Shown piece by piece: positions 17,901 through 26,900 of a stretch of DNA of 64,000 nt. Positions within the stretch are counted from its first letter, which is position 1, and every line of letters starts with the position of its first letter. Source of the DNA: Treponema sp. (GTDB lineage Bacteria > Spirochaetota > Spirochaetia > Treponematales > Breznakiellaceae); NCBI GenBank assembly GCA_031265435.1, contig JAISCR010000023.1, positions 8,799-72,798 of the forward strand, written 5' to 3'. The notes under the pieces were generated by a model that was given only the letters and a program-made list of their open reading frames with translations, was not told where the DNA came from and ran no database searches. A program made the position numbers and the translations under genes.

Positions 17901-20890
17901 AAATACCGTACAAGTTTATCGGCAGAGGGAAGGTATCCCTCACCGGCTTCAATGTTCATGGATTCAAAGAGCAGTTTTAATTCCGCGGTACTTTTGTTCC
18001 ATGACATCTTCCTGCCCGCGTCGCTCATGAACGCGATTGACTGGTAGATCTCAAACAGTCCCTGCCGGTAGTAATATGAACCAATCTCGTTACGAACAAA
18101 GGCTTCCGTTCCGTAGAACAAATTCTCTCCGGCCAAAAAACGGCGGATCGTTTCATTCTCATCGGCAAGCTCGGTAATTCCCCTTTCATCGTTGTCATGT
18201 ATTGCCTGTATCAGGGTATTCAGGTCTTCCATAAGTCCGCCAATGAAAACGGTATCCGCAGGATCGCCTGAATAAAACGCCGAAAGAAATTCCGCTTCTT
18301 CGTTATCAGCCTCAATGTCAAGCAGACAGCCCAGGGCATCGTATTCAAGTTCAGCCCTGGCCTCTATCCACGAAAGGCGGCTTTGTTCGGCTTTGATGTA
18401 ACAGTCTTCCACGGAAAACGAATTCGCCAGGAGCAGTTTAAGCCCTTCGATACGGATCTCAAGGGCGGCATCGGCCTCGGTCTTTGCCAGAGCCGTAAAA
18501 CCCGCAATAAGGACATTATAGGCGGCGGCGTCTGCGGGATTCTCATCCCTGAGGCGGAAAAGATATGAAATCGTTTCGTACCGGGGATTATCTTCTTTAA
18601 TGCCCGTTGCCGCAATCGAAACGGGAACGGAAGCAGCATCAAAAACCTTGACGGCATCCGCTTCTCCCTGCAGGGTTTCAAGGCTTTTCCCTCCGTCTCC
18701 CAGGACAAGTATCTTCAAGGCGGCGCCCAGAGTTTCAAGTTCCTGCGCTCCGCTCAGTTCAATTGCCCGTTCAAGATAATTGATATACGACGCATCCGCA
18801 CCGTTCCTGTCCAGCTGCCCCGCGGTTTCAAGAAGTTTTTTGTATTCATTCTTGAGCTGTTCTTCGATAATATCCGTCCGGTTGGTCCTGTATGCGCCGA
18901 GCAATACCGAATACGCCTGGTTGAGTTCCTCAAGGCGGGCCTCGGCCACGGCAAGTTTTTTGGAAGATTCAAGAAGTTTTTTTTGCGCGTCCAAAACATC
19001 AAGGCCCGCGACGGATAATTCCGCCTGAATCTTCTCATAGGCTTCGATAGCTTCATGATAGTCCTTTTTTGCCGTTTCAAAGGCTTCTATGCCTTCGGCC
19101 TCGGTAATTCTTCCGGAACTTAGATCCTCGGCATAATTCAGCACCGCCCTGGTTATTTCCGTCCGTCTTTCCCAATACGATGCGACCGCCCTGGCCTTTA
19201 TAAGCTCGATCTGGTATTCATCAAGATTAAAATCCTCGCTGTTTACGCCTTCGTCAAGAATATCCTTCAGGGCTCCCGAACCCATGGTCAGGGCAAAATC
19301 TTCCGCCAGCGCGTTCCTGGATTCAAGGGCCCGTGCATAATATGAAGTAAAGAGTTTCCACCATTCATAAATTATCTGAAATGTTTCATACTTTGCCGCG
19401 TGCTTTTGCTTGTTGGATATTTCCTCAAATATGTCTTTGCCATCATCATCTCTCCCGATTACAACATGTGTTGTCTCTTCATAGAATTGTTCTTCGTTGT
19501 TTATCCATACAGGAAAATAACTTGAAAATATATCCGGCACGCCGCCGTATCTTTGTCCCCAGAATCTTACATTCTCCCTGGCGCCTGTCAATACCTGGGA
19601 TGAGGTAATATAGATATCCACATAGGCTTTGGCCTTTGAGGCTCCCGCGTCGATCCGTTTTTGCGCGTCCTGGGCAAATTCGACTTTAGCTTCGGCGATA
19701 GCCTTTTCAAGAGTCTGTGAAGCTTCCTTGAAAAGCAGTTCTCCGGTTTTGAGGAGTTCGTCCGTTTCTTTTTCCCATTTCAGTCTGGAGATCTCAAACT
19801 GCCTGAAGGCTTCGCTCCATTCTTCGTTGCCGGTATCGTAGCGTTCATTCGCGTCTCTTTGCCATTCGAGGCGTCGGACAAGGAAACGTTCCTCCGCTTC
19901 GGTCCACGCGTTGAGTCCCCGTTCAAACTGAACGCGGTACTGTTCAAGCCATTCCTCTCCGGCGAGTACCAGATCTCCGGTTCCCGCTTCCGCGGCGTCA
20001 ATACGGCTTTTCAGCGCGTTTATTCCTTCATCGCATATTGCCTGTGCCGCACCGATTAGTTCCGCCGTAATTTCGGTTGCGGCCTTGTCTTCACTCTTCC
20101 TGCGGAGGCTGTAGTAATCCCCTGTACGCCGGGCAAGAAACAGACGTTCCTCCCTGGAGGCAAGTTCCTCGAATTCCTTCCTCAGGCTGAATTTTTTTTC
20201 CGTAAGCGCAGCCTTGATATTTTGTTCCAGGCCGCTCCTCTTGTCTTCGCCAATGTAACACAGTACCTCGGGTATCATGTAGAGAATGGATTCCTGATAT
20301 GCCTCCTCCCCGCCGTCAAGGGCCGTCCGGACTTCATCCTTCCAAAGATAACGGTCGCTTTCAATTTCCCGTCCTGCCTCCCACGGCCTTACAGGTTCGG
20401 GATCTCCCGAGGCGGGATCAAAGATGACATTCCCGTCTTCATCGAGATGCCAGGTATAATGTATCTGGGCAGCGTCCAGACTCTGTGACAAGTGATCGAG
20501 AATACCGGCCTTTATAAAGAACCGTTCAAAGAGCCATTGGGTAAAACGTCTCTCCAGTTCATCCTCAGTCCAGTCCTTAAGGAGGTTTTTTGCTTCCGCA
20601 AAGAGAAGCGGATCATCATAAAACTCGCATGCGAGTTTTTCCCATGATTCGGAGGCAAGGCTTATGCCTCTCTCCGCGGCCTGCATCCAGGCTTCGGGAC
20701 TCGTTTCCATATCCGCCGTACTGAAATGGTAATCAAACACCGGCTGGTTAAAACCCCTGACATCAGGTTTTGTCTGGGCAAACAGACAGAGAGTCAAAGA
20801 AAACAGATACACCTTTATGAAGATGTTCCTTACGGTACGAGAAGAAAGAGTGAGCATACATGGCCCCGAATCTTGATACCCGCCCTGCAC
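11972..20890 (-). CDS. giant secreted protein (2,972 aa), function unknown
   Basis: Uninterrupted 8.9-kb ORF. Hydrophobic N-terminal signal (IFIKVYLFSLTLCLFAQ). The start is uncertain: GTG 20890 or ATG 20857. It has a long E/K/A/L-rich region, a Gly-rich hydrophobic segment, acidic repeats and a C-terminal Cys/His/Asp domain. Confidence 0.85.
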   Translation of the reverse strand: MQGGYQDSGPCMLTLSSRTVRNIFIKVYLFSLTLCLFAQTKPDVRGFNQPVFDYHFSTADMETSPEAWMQAAERGISLASESWEKLACEFYDDPLLFAEAKNLLKDWTEDELERRFTQWLFERFFIKAGILDHLSQSLDAAQIHYTWHLDEDGNVIFDPASGDPEPVRPWEAGREIESDRYLWKDEVRTALDGGEEAYQESILYMIPEVLCYIGEDKRSGLEQNIKAALTEKKFSLRKEFEELASREERLFLARRTGDYYSLRRKSEDKAATEITAELIGAAQAICDEGINALKSRIDAAEAGTGDLVLAGEEWLEQYRVQFERGLNAWTEAEERFLVRRLEWQRDANERYDTGNEEWSEAFRQFEISRLKWEKETDELLKTGELLFKEASQTLEKAIAEAKVEFAQDAQKRIDAGASKAKAYVDIYITSSQVLTGARENVRFWGQRYGGVPDIFSSYFPVWINNEEQFYEETTHVVIGRDDDGKDIFEEISNKQKHAAKYETFQIIYEWWKLFTSYYARALESRNALAEDFALTMGSGALKDILDEGVNSEDFNLDEYQIELIKARAVASYWERRTEITRAVLNYAEDLSSGRITEAEGIEAFETAKKDYHEAIEAYEKIQAELSVAGLDVLDAQKKLLESSKKLAVAEARLEELNQAYSVLLGAYRTNRTDIIEEQLKNEYKKLLETAGQLDRNGADASYINYLERAIELSGAQELETLGAALKILVLGDGGKSLETLQGEADAVKVFDAASVPVSIAATGIKEDNPRYETISYLFRLRDENPADAAAYNVLIAGFTALAKTEADAALEIRIEGLKLLLANSFSVEDCYIKAEQSRLSWIEARAELEYDALGCLLDIEADNEEAEFLSAFYSGDPADTVFIGGLMEDLNTLIQAIHDNDERGITELADENETIRRFLAGENLFYGTEAFVRNEIGSYYYRQGLFEIYQSIAFMSDAGRKMSWNKSTAELKLLFESMNIEAGEGYLPSADKLVRYFLDDPLKTEEALTEFLCRFDRSLNQIPSWIGQEIEEWKSALIDLAAAGMINASVGPAWTREDIAHKLEETTGKMDAITLIYEGLSFRGKQAFDEFNEACLELDREYRILNNSLLLLGAYETMREAVYRDGSDNKKHWREYITEENTGTDNPGIVTAFSYPEGLLIDAKEKIGRITMLLNAAFAVCNTEAAEALNGDFIAIADAYINNTKLAWDENNIKETRYLLVENYSYEKREYKKLFSYEEIYRRDIAIVASMLDIIRNQNTSLAEEIKKMMKQMEDHANEIEALSIEYDNNAQSFLLSGENYDNLYAQSKELFEKMEDSRLSYEKKDAVNRWAATAYLGVEDELEELSRSVEHLMRAEAALAALESLYDDNAERRPYDDAEYENLYQKYREEFSNMLAALNTIDRLEEAIANETIVNAGYYMDYMSTLKAFGGDLFLYEKNDYSYVSPADKSAWGIQDIITVKDGKLVFNFESGFRLQGTDYKNSALLAAYFNDGQIIGNETNEATGFELGLRNLEAFFLSMELNRNKYERFALARDFLVACLTNEHHAVRDFPYGDFRYMINVPIYIDSSNTDITFLKAYYDDADNIKSGTFLGQHNMAEYQNAYYAEYVGEYIAYWTKFITASRSAWESLSAEEQENLMFYLILTMNGSGGSDADALEGFRKATSYLKYREVYERASGHLKYANDRTGIWLIGPAYWQPIANRLNNVVNDLRVPLDYTNNQINQAMESLNSSITDMNSAYALYFSSCERLAGLKGEKKDGDFVRAADILYSLSLAGNIAEFDINIVLNIWNRMLLDSGETYSSVLEALQAVNRWIKAEKEDSKRALEKKYGDDQAKRLEAEGKYHQSLEAYMNGAISLPDLKSDMEKVFGKNAAALKNHLENLDQVIRNDIETMLTGGRNYRNEYGLLLGEMGDILERVYAGRYQAELSAREAVWQEQRRDLVSKLSQWQEDVALLIQRGREDWISGSEKMKTAYNEWNRKFLAEYERIGEEWNEAYLEGLEDKEAWLKQAEEAANNALSGAALALLGEDAEAGARKIDTRDPMLIRVYSGEDISFVMDEIMSLAGIANTGRAFAAINGVTGTIAAHVQKGLGGPSSWNTGIIQSAARQFAREANEKTAELEAKRLLQEVKEAAEKSSKQLAENIDKANNSFRKNIHRMFAIDNLWSLADGTYSKDVVVYSSLTKTESEYAEVKAYRDYIVDPFELKTDTSASALNGLNYLAIQGLIRNIEDEIKREMEKHFGRSGEGGKEIVRFIITEKDKMFYYMMTRVMVDENLADSYGNIHAISGDGVFDVEELKRVQDPGKFGEHIGYEPLFRTSDTGSKEAMFWDQGRGELGRLMTDYTWWRVKEGKGIAMVNAAFWDKPVWDDRNSVFKAFTIRETADVVGKVAATTAALALSPVSGGSSMGLAAMAFTVAAVETADDFIFSVMDVGGGYKAADTALFDYSKTFAVSLGTNLISGAFNGLPGIGGTFGTATGGGGIKGLVSASASGGIGRSLSIGVLSGMESALSGTYASMVNAIQYTGTGLTFSNDVFNQGVSGLGTGMLSGMASAFTGGILNSYAGGLYNALGIDGSNLNNFIAGSTGELIDYAYTGDFTFNLLNAGLIPGLREMGLLELHLGDDGPLMKFGSDGVDVSMLGTQILNAGIRSLVNLISGINRQEEINIDRPLYPEEELEPELDPESDIEERVDALLERSEAEEESVHETPPEPDIEEKVAALLERSEAEEEPVHETLELKEPELKEPELKEPVLKEPELDKSELEKKEAERIENEQKKIKREAEEAEGEKQLKKARELYVDVPAKPGKNNQKTLGAVTGLKENNTCLVYTIYLLYQLTAPISISRSRMLEGVRGAMENGGIDKTKTNNSASVLSLKKFIAAMNTAVYGKKGGEEWNYGTTMTDVTEFFNSDYEYGIMVYEKNGEWNISEKKRSTHFLLVDNKNKKIYDPWPDGIGSTWKDKYFPSGIRPLIK
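12616..12683 (-). repeat. in-frame 15-nt tandem repeat (about 4 units) encoding (L/V)KEPE
   Basis: Units ggctctttcaNNNNN at 12621, 12636, 12651 and 12666. The protein reads LKEPELKEPELKEPVLKEPEL. Confidence 0.85.
12684..12845 (-). repeat. in-frame 81-nt tandem duplication (2 units, 27 aa each)
   Basis: Units start at 12684 and 12765 (gtttcatgtac...). The protein reads SDIEERVDALLERSEAEEESVHETPPE / PDIEEKVAALLERSEAEEEPVHETLEL. Confidence 0.85.
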
Positions 20891-20939
20891 AAGCAGGACT
20901 TCTTACCATGACCACTTTAGTTCTTTCCATTTACAAATC

Positions 20940-23900
20940 TTACAAATCATTTTTTGCAATTCTTTTTTCAAACAAAATAAACAGCGCCGGCACCAGGGTA
21001 ATGGAACAGATAAATGAAGAGAGCACACCCCAGAAAATAACCAGCGACAGGATCTGTACCAAATTCCCCGGTTCTCCGGCGCTGAAAAACAGGGGGAATG
21101 CTCCGGCCATGGTGGTACCGGCGGTGGCTAAAAGGAGCGGCGACTTTGATCTGAGGATAAAGTACATGCCCGTGGAAGAAAGCCGCTTCCCGCGGGGCAG
21201 GGAAGCCAGGGCGTCCGCGACAAGAACCGCGGCATTCACCGCGACTCCCGACAGCGCTATAAATGATGCGGCCGCCGCTTCATTCAGCGGCTTCCCGAGG
21301 ATCAGGAGAATCAATAACGGCAATGCCAGGGAAGGAGGAATCACCGGCAGGATGACAAACGGAGCCTTGAGGGACTCGCTGGACGCGGCTATGACCATGG
21401 AACAGAAAAGCAGGGCAAGAAGAAACCACAGTATCGTCCCGGAAAGATTTTCAGCCTGTTTTATGGCATCCTGATCGAAGACAATGCTGTAAGCGGGAGG
21501 AAGTTCCATTCTATCGAAGAGAGGCATGATCGACTTCCGCAGCCGCCTCGGATCAAGCGGCCCCGTGCGGATCGTAAATGAAGCGCTGCGGCGTCTTCCC
21601 TGCCTTTCAATGGCGCTGCCTTCCCGGCTTTCTGTAACCTTCATGAGAGAATCAACCCTGACCGGGTATGCATCTTTAAGTGTCAGCGGAATGGAAAAGA
21701 CTTTTTCTTTGTCCGGAATACCGGCTCCCAGGACACGGACGTCTACCTCTCCGGAATCCTCAAGACGTTTATAGGCGACAGGACCGTGAACATTCCGGCG
21801 TATCGTGTCCGCCGCAGGATAGAACCACGCTCCGGCTTCACGGAAACGTTCCCTGTCGGGGTAAAGATCGATACGGCCGCCGCCGTCTTTGAAGTTGAGT
21901 ACCGTTTCTCTTACGAGTCCCGACGATGCCGAAAGCCCGGCGGCCTCACGGGCAAATTTTCTGCAGAGGGATGAATCGTCCCCGAAGACACTGATAGTCC
22001 AGTTCCTTTCCCCGCTTCCTGTTTCCGGAAAATAGATAAAGGCCCCGTTTATACCGATGCGTCTGATTTCCTTCTTTAAGTCTTCAGGTTTTTCCTTTTC
22101 AGGATCAAAATTGATGAGCAGGGAACCCGAACCGGAACGGGCGGAACTCTGAATATGTTTTACCGCGGAATTTTCTTTCAGCTTCACGGAAAATATTCCC
22201 ATGAGTCTGTCCGCTTCTTCCGCGCGGAAACCCCCTTCAAATTCTATATGGGCATAGATGGAACCGGGACTTTCATTTCCCCCCGGATCAGGCCGGATGA
22301 ATCCAAGGGCCAGTATGCCGCCCCCGCTGAGTATCAAGGCCGCGGCAACATAAAGCACGGGAAACCGCAGTACCAATCCTGAGGAAAAAGCCAGCGCTCT
22401 TAAACTTCTGCGTTTTATAAAACGGAGGAACGCTAAAAGTTTTTGTCGTACAGGCAGAGCCATACCCCGTCCCCGGGAATGACGGGAATCATTGTTCAGG
22501 ATTCCGCGATGAGACGCGGCAGCCTCTCCGTGCTTTCCGCCCCTGAATATGAATGGAGGCAGAATACTGAAAGAGGCAAGCAGGGCGATAAGTGTGACCG
22601 TTCCGGATCCCCAGGCAAGAGTTCTGCACTCTTCACCGATATCCATAAGGACAAGGGGTATGAGTGCGGCGATTGTAGTACATGATGATGAAATGAGCGG
22701 AGGCGCCAGGGAACCCAGTACCCTTAAACCTTCCGCCGCCGTTTCCGCTCTCCTCAGTTCCCACGCAAGTATGATGACCGCGTCAACTGCCGCCCCAAGT
22801 CCTGATGCTATGCCCGAGAGGAGAGGTCTGTCCGGAGAAAAGCCAAAGAAAACGAGGAGGCCCAAAGAAAAAACAGAGATGAGGGGCACGGAAAGAAAAA
22901 CCGCCGGAGATACTTTTCCTCCGGGCATCATAAGAAAAGTCATCAATGAAACCGCCAGGGCTCCCTCAAGGGCCGCCAGTATAAGGGATCTGAAAGCCTT
23001 CGTTTCCTCCTCTCCCCGATCGAGCAATACCTGAAAATCAAGAGGCAGATCTTTAATGGCTTCCAGTTCCCTCTTTATTTCACGGGAAAGTTTACCGAGC
23101 TTCGCCCCCGACGCGGGCATGATCATGATGCCTGCGGCCCTCTCTCCGTCGAGCCTGGAATAATTATCAGGTTCCCTTTCTCCTTCACGGATCTCCGCGA
23201 TATCTTCAAGATTGATACGGACTCCATTGATATCGAAAGACGCTTTTTTGAGGTCTTCAAGTTTACGGTAACGGCCGTCAAGAACCAGAAGGGTCTTGCG
23301 GTTTTCGCTTTCAATCCGGCCTGCGGGCAGAATGAGATCGCTGCCGGCAAGGGAAGACGCCAGATCCAGGGGTCTGATTCCCAGGGACGCGGAACGTTCG
23401 GGATCCAGGGCGACACGGATCTCCCGGTTCGCGATTCCCGAAAGCTCCACTTCCCCGGCTCCGGCAAGGGCTTCAAAGCGCGGTTTTACAAAACGTTCAA
23501 GCGTTTCGGATAGGTTTCCGTTATTCGTTCCCGCTTCCCCGCGTGAAAACACAGCCGCGGACCAGACGGGAATACGCGAGTTGCTTGACGAAAGGATCTC
23601 GGGCCGCTGTACCGATCTGGGCAAAGTTTCATACACTTCTTCTACCGCATCCCGGACAGCCTCATAACGCCCGTAAGAAGCAAAGTCAGGATCGAAGCGA
23701 AGGAAGGCCCTCACTCTTCCGTTTTCACTGGTACTGGTAATATGGAGAAGTCCCGGCAGAGGCGCCAGGGCATCCTCCAGAGGAATGGCGATGCTTCGTT
23801 CCATTTCCTCCGCGTCGACTCCGTAGTGTCTGAAGGTGAGGGTGTAGGAAGAGGCGTCGTATTCCTTCCGGTTATCCCTCATGGCAAGAAGGGCAACGGA

Positions 23901-23969
23901 AACGGAGGCGGCCATCATCAGGATACAGAAGGCGGCATGTTTTCTTTCAAGCCAGGAATTTGTTTTCAC
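20940..23969 (-). CDS. RND efflux permease (AcrB-like), paralog 2
   Basis: 1,009 aa. An N-terminal TM helix, then a large soluble loop, then TM clusters in a duplicated RND layout. The GTG start abuts the stop of the upstream RND gene. Confidence 0.88.
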   Translation of the reverse strand: MKTNSWLERKHAAFCILMMAASVSVALLAMRDNRKEYDASSYTLTFRHYGVDAEEMERSIAIPLEDALAPLPGLLHITSTSENGRVRAFLRFDPDFASYGRYEAVRDAVEEVYETLPRSVQRPEILSSSNSRIPVWSAAVFSRGEAGTNNGNLSETLERFVKPRFEALAGAGEVELSGIANREIRVALDPERSASLGIRPLDLASSLAGSDLILPAGRIESENRKTLLVLDGRYRKLEDLKKASFDINGVRINLEDIAEIREGEREPDNYSRLDGERAAGIMIMPASGAKLGKLSREIKRELEAIKDLPLDFQVLLDRGEEETKAFRSLILAALEGALAVSLMTFLMMPGGKVSPAVFLSVPLISVFSLGLLVFFGFSPDRPLLSGIASGLGAAVDAVIILAWELRRAETAAEGLRVLGSLAPPLISSSCTTIAALIPLVLMDIGEECRTLAWGSGTVTLIALLASFSILPPFIFRGGKHGEAAASHRGILNNDSRHSRGRGMALPVRQKLLAFLRFIKRRSLRALAFSSGLVLRFPVLYVAAALILSGGGILALGFIRPDPGGNESPGSIYAHIEFEGGFRAEEADRLMGIFSVKLKENSAVKHIQSSARSGSGSLLINFDPEKEKPEDLKKEIRRIGINGAFIYFPETGSGERNWTISVFGDDSSLCRKFAREAAGLSASSGLVRETVLNFKDGGGRIDLYPDRERFREAGAWFYPAADTIRRNVHGPVAYKRLEDSGEVDVRVLGAGIPDKEKVFSIPLTLKDAYPVRVDSLMKVTESREGSAIERQGRRRSASFTIRTGPLDPRRLRKSIMPLFDRMELPPAYSIVFDQDAIKQAENLSGTILWFLLALLFCSMVIAASSESLKAPFVILPVIPPSLALPLLILLILGKPLNEAAAASFIALSGVAVNAAVLVADALASLPRGKRLSSTGMYFILRSKSPLLLATAGTTMAGAFPLFFSAGEPGNLVQILSLVIFWGVLSSFICSITLVPALFILFEKRIAKNDL

Positions 23970-26900
23970 TTAAATCTTTCTCCTGACAAGAACGCTTAAT
24001 ACATGCGGCATGACAAACAGGCACAGTAAAGTGGAGGCGGTGATTCCGCCCAGCATGGCCGCGGCCATGGATCGCTGGGAAGCCCCCATGGGAAAACAGA
24101 CCATGGGCAGAAGCGCAAAGACTGTAGTTATAGTGGTGATCGATATTGCCCGGAAACGCTCAACGGCGCCGTTCCGGAAAGCTTCTTCGGCCCGCATGAT
24201 TCCGTCCAGCTTTTCCATGCCTATCTCGTAAAGGATGATGGCATTATTTACCGACAAACCAAAAAGCACCGCGAGGCCGAGGACGGCTCCCGAATCGATA
24301 GAAGCGCCGCTTAAAAAAAGAGCCGGGCCTGCTCCCGCCAGCGAAAAAGGAATGCTGAACATAAGAACAAGCGGAAGGAAGAATGATTCAAATTGCGCGC
24401 CCATCACCAGATAGAGAAGGAGGATCACCAGGACAAGTGTGATGATAAGGCTCTGCCTGTAGCGGGTAAAAACCGACTCATCGGAACGGATCAAATTCCA
24501 CGCGCCTCCGGATTTTAAGAGGTCATTCATAACATTTCCCGGAGCGTCTTTAACGCTTACATACACCACATCGGAGCGGTTGAGCCTTGAGAGAGTTTCC
24601 GGGGATTCAAGGCGCTCTATCCTGCAGAGGCTTCCCAGAAACGCGGAGTTTCCTTCCCCGAGGGCTATGGGGATATTTTGGAGAGAAGCCGCGGCGCCCA
24701 GAGGATCATCTTCCATCTTTCCTTTGAGTCTTACCGGTATGGGTCTTCCGCCGCCTTCAAGCTGTCCTGTTGTCATGCCGTCCGTGATCGAATGGAGGAG
24801 TCCCGCCAAATCCGCCGCCTGTATGCCAAGCTGCGCGGAAGCTTCGCGGTCAGGATAGATACGGAATTCCGGCCTTGAATGGGAGGGGTCAAGAATTATT
24901 TCCGTTCCTTCCCCAAGTTTTTCCCTGAGAAAGCCGGCCAGTTCCTTTGCCCTGAGCATTGTCTCTTCGGGGTTTCTTCCCCGGACTGCCATGACTCTGG
25001 ATTCGGAAAGACCCAGCAGTTTTTCTACGTTGTTCTGCGGGAAAAATACATTGATTTCCCCTTCGGAATAGTTTTCAAGAAGCCGCCTGACTTCATCCCT
25101 GGCTTCCTGACTCTTTGTTCCGGGACTGATAGAGCAGTGGAAGATCAACTCCTCTTCACGGTAGCCGCTTTCCGAAAGACGCATCAGGTCTTCGTCCTCG
25201 GCGCCCGCGTAGGCAAAGACTCCGCGGATACCGGGAAGTCCGCCGAGAAGCAGCGTCAGTTTCCTGCCTTTTTCCGGCATGGATTCAAGCATATAACCCG
25301 GCGGAAAGAGAACCGAAAGACGCAGTTCCCTTTCTTCATCAGGACTCACAAAGTGGCGGGGCCTTGAAACAAGGATAAAAATACCGGCGCCGACCAGCAG
25401 GGCGGCAAGAAGAATCATGCGTAAAAAATTTGAAGTTGCCAGACGAAGGAATTTTTCGTAGAATTCTTCAAGCCTCCTGGAAGAAGTGTCCCCGCAGGTT
25501 TTGAAACAGAGCCTGTAAAGTGAAGGGAGACAGAACTGCGCATAGATCCATCCTGCCGTGATGGAAACCACCAGAGCTATGGACAGATCCCCAAACAGCG
25601 CTCCCAGGGGGCCGGGAAGAAAAAGAATGGGCACAAAGACTACGGCGGTGGTAAGAAGGGAAGCGGCCCCCGACAGCATTACTGTTGACGCGGCTTCTCC
25701 TGTCTCCCCGGCCGAAGGGGCGGCGGCATTGGTTCCGAAACGCCGGTGGAGTACCTCAAGAACGATGACGGCCGAATCGGAAACCAGGCCTATTCCCAGG
25801 GCAAGGCCTCCAAGGCTCATGCTGTTCAGGGAAGTTCCCCGGACGGCAATGGCGCATAAACCCGCTGCGGTTGAAACCGGTATCGCAAGTGCGGCCAGAA
25901 AACTGGAACGCGGATGCCGGATAAAAAAACAAAGGGAGAAAACTACCGCGAAAACCCCAAGGGCGGCGGAGACAAGCAGATTATTCAATGCCCCCGAAAT
26001 GAGGGAAGATGAATCATACACCAGAAAAAATTCCCCGTCATCCCCGAAATTTTCTCTTGCCTCTTCCAGCAGCTTTCCGATTTCCCCGGAGAGACGTGAA
26101 GGATCCGAGCCGGGACGGCGGTATATCTTGAGAGCGGCGGCTTCTTCTCCGTTCAGGATAAAGAGGCTCTTCTTTTCCGCCTTTCTCAGGGAAACGGCGG
26201 CGGCATCGGAGAGCCTAAAAGGTCCTCCCGCGCCCGAAAGACTTAAGGAAGCCAATTCTTCCGCGGAACCGGGCTGGCCCGAAGAAACCACTACCAGTTC
26301 CCTGTCTCCTTCCCTTGCCATCCCCGCGGGCATATTCATTGTCTCCGAAGAGAGCAATTCCGCCAAAGAGGAAACGGTGATTCCCCGGACGGCAAGCTGT
26401 CTCACATCCGCCTCTACCAGTTCTTCCATTTCATCCCCGCCGAGCAGTATCACCTGTCCTATGCCTCCAAGCCGTCTCAACCGTGCCTTGAGTTCATACT
26501 CCGCAAGATTCCTGGCGAAGTTACCGTCTCCATGACGGCTTTGGACAGCGATGATGCAGAACGGTTCATTTTCGACAGTGCCGGAAGAAACCGCGGGCTT
26601 ATCCACTCCCTCAGGCAGGGAAGGCCACACCGCGTCCACCGCTTCACGGACAAGAACCGCCGCCGCGGCTCCGTCAATACCCCAGCGGAAATCAAGAATG
26701 ATAAGGGAAAAGTTATCCCGCGATACACTCCTCATGTTCTCAAGGCCTTTAACCGGGGAGAGGGCATCTTCGACAGGAATAGTGAGAAGGGATCGGATCT
26801 CCTGCGCCCCCATTCCCGGCCAGGATGTTTTCACCGTGACCCGGTTAAGCGCAAGGCCGGGAAGCTGTTCAAGGGGCAGCCCTGAGGCGAAAAAAACCGC

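Noticed and set aside
20931-20948. Tandem 9-mer ttacaaatc ttacaaatc at the RND paralog 2 stop codon
   Set aside because: There are only two copies, they are AT-rich, and they partly lie within the coding sequence. There is no evidence of function beyond chance or local slippage.
25558-26535. 325-aa plus-strand ORF
   Set aside because: It is antisense to RND permease paralog 1. It is Ala/Arg/Ser/Pro-rich and is a shadow ORF.
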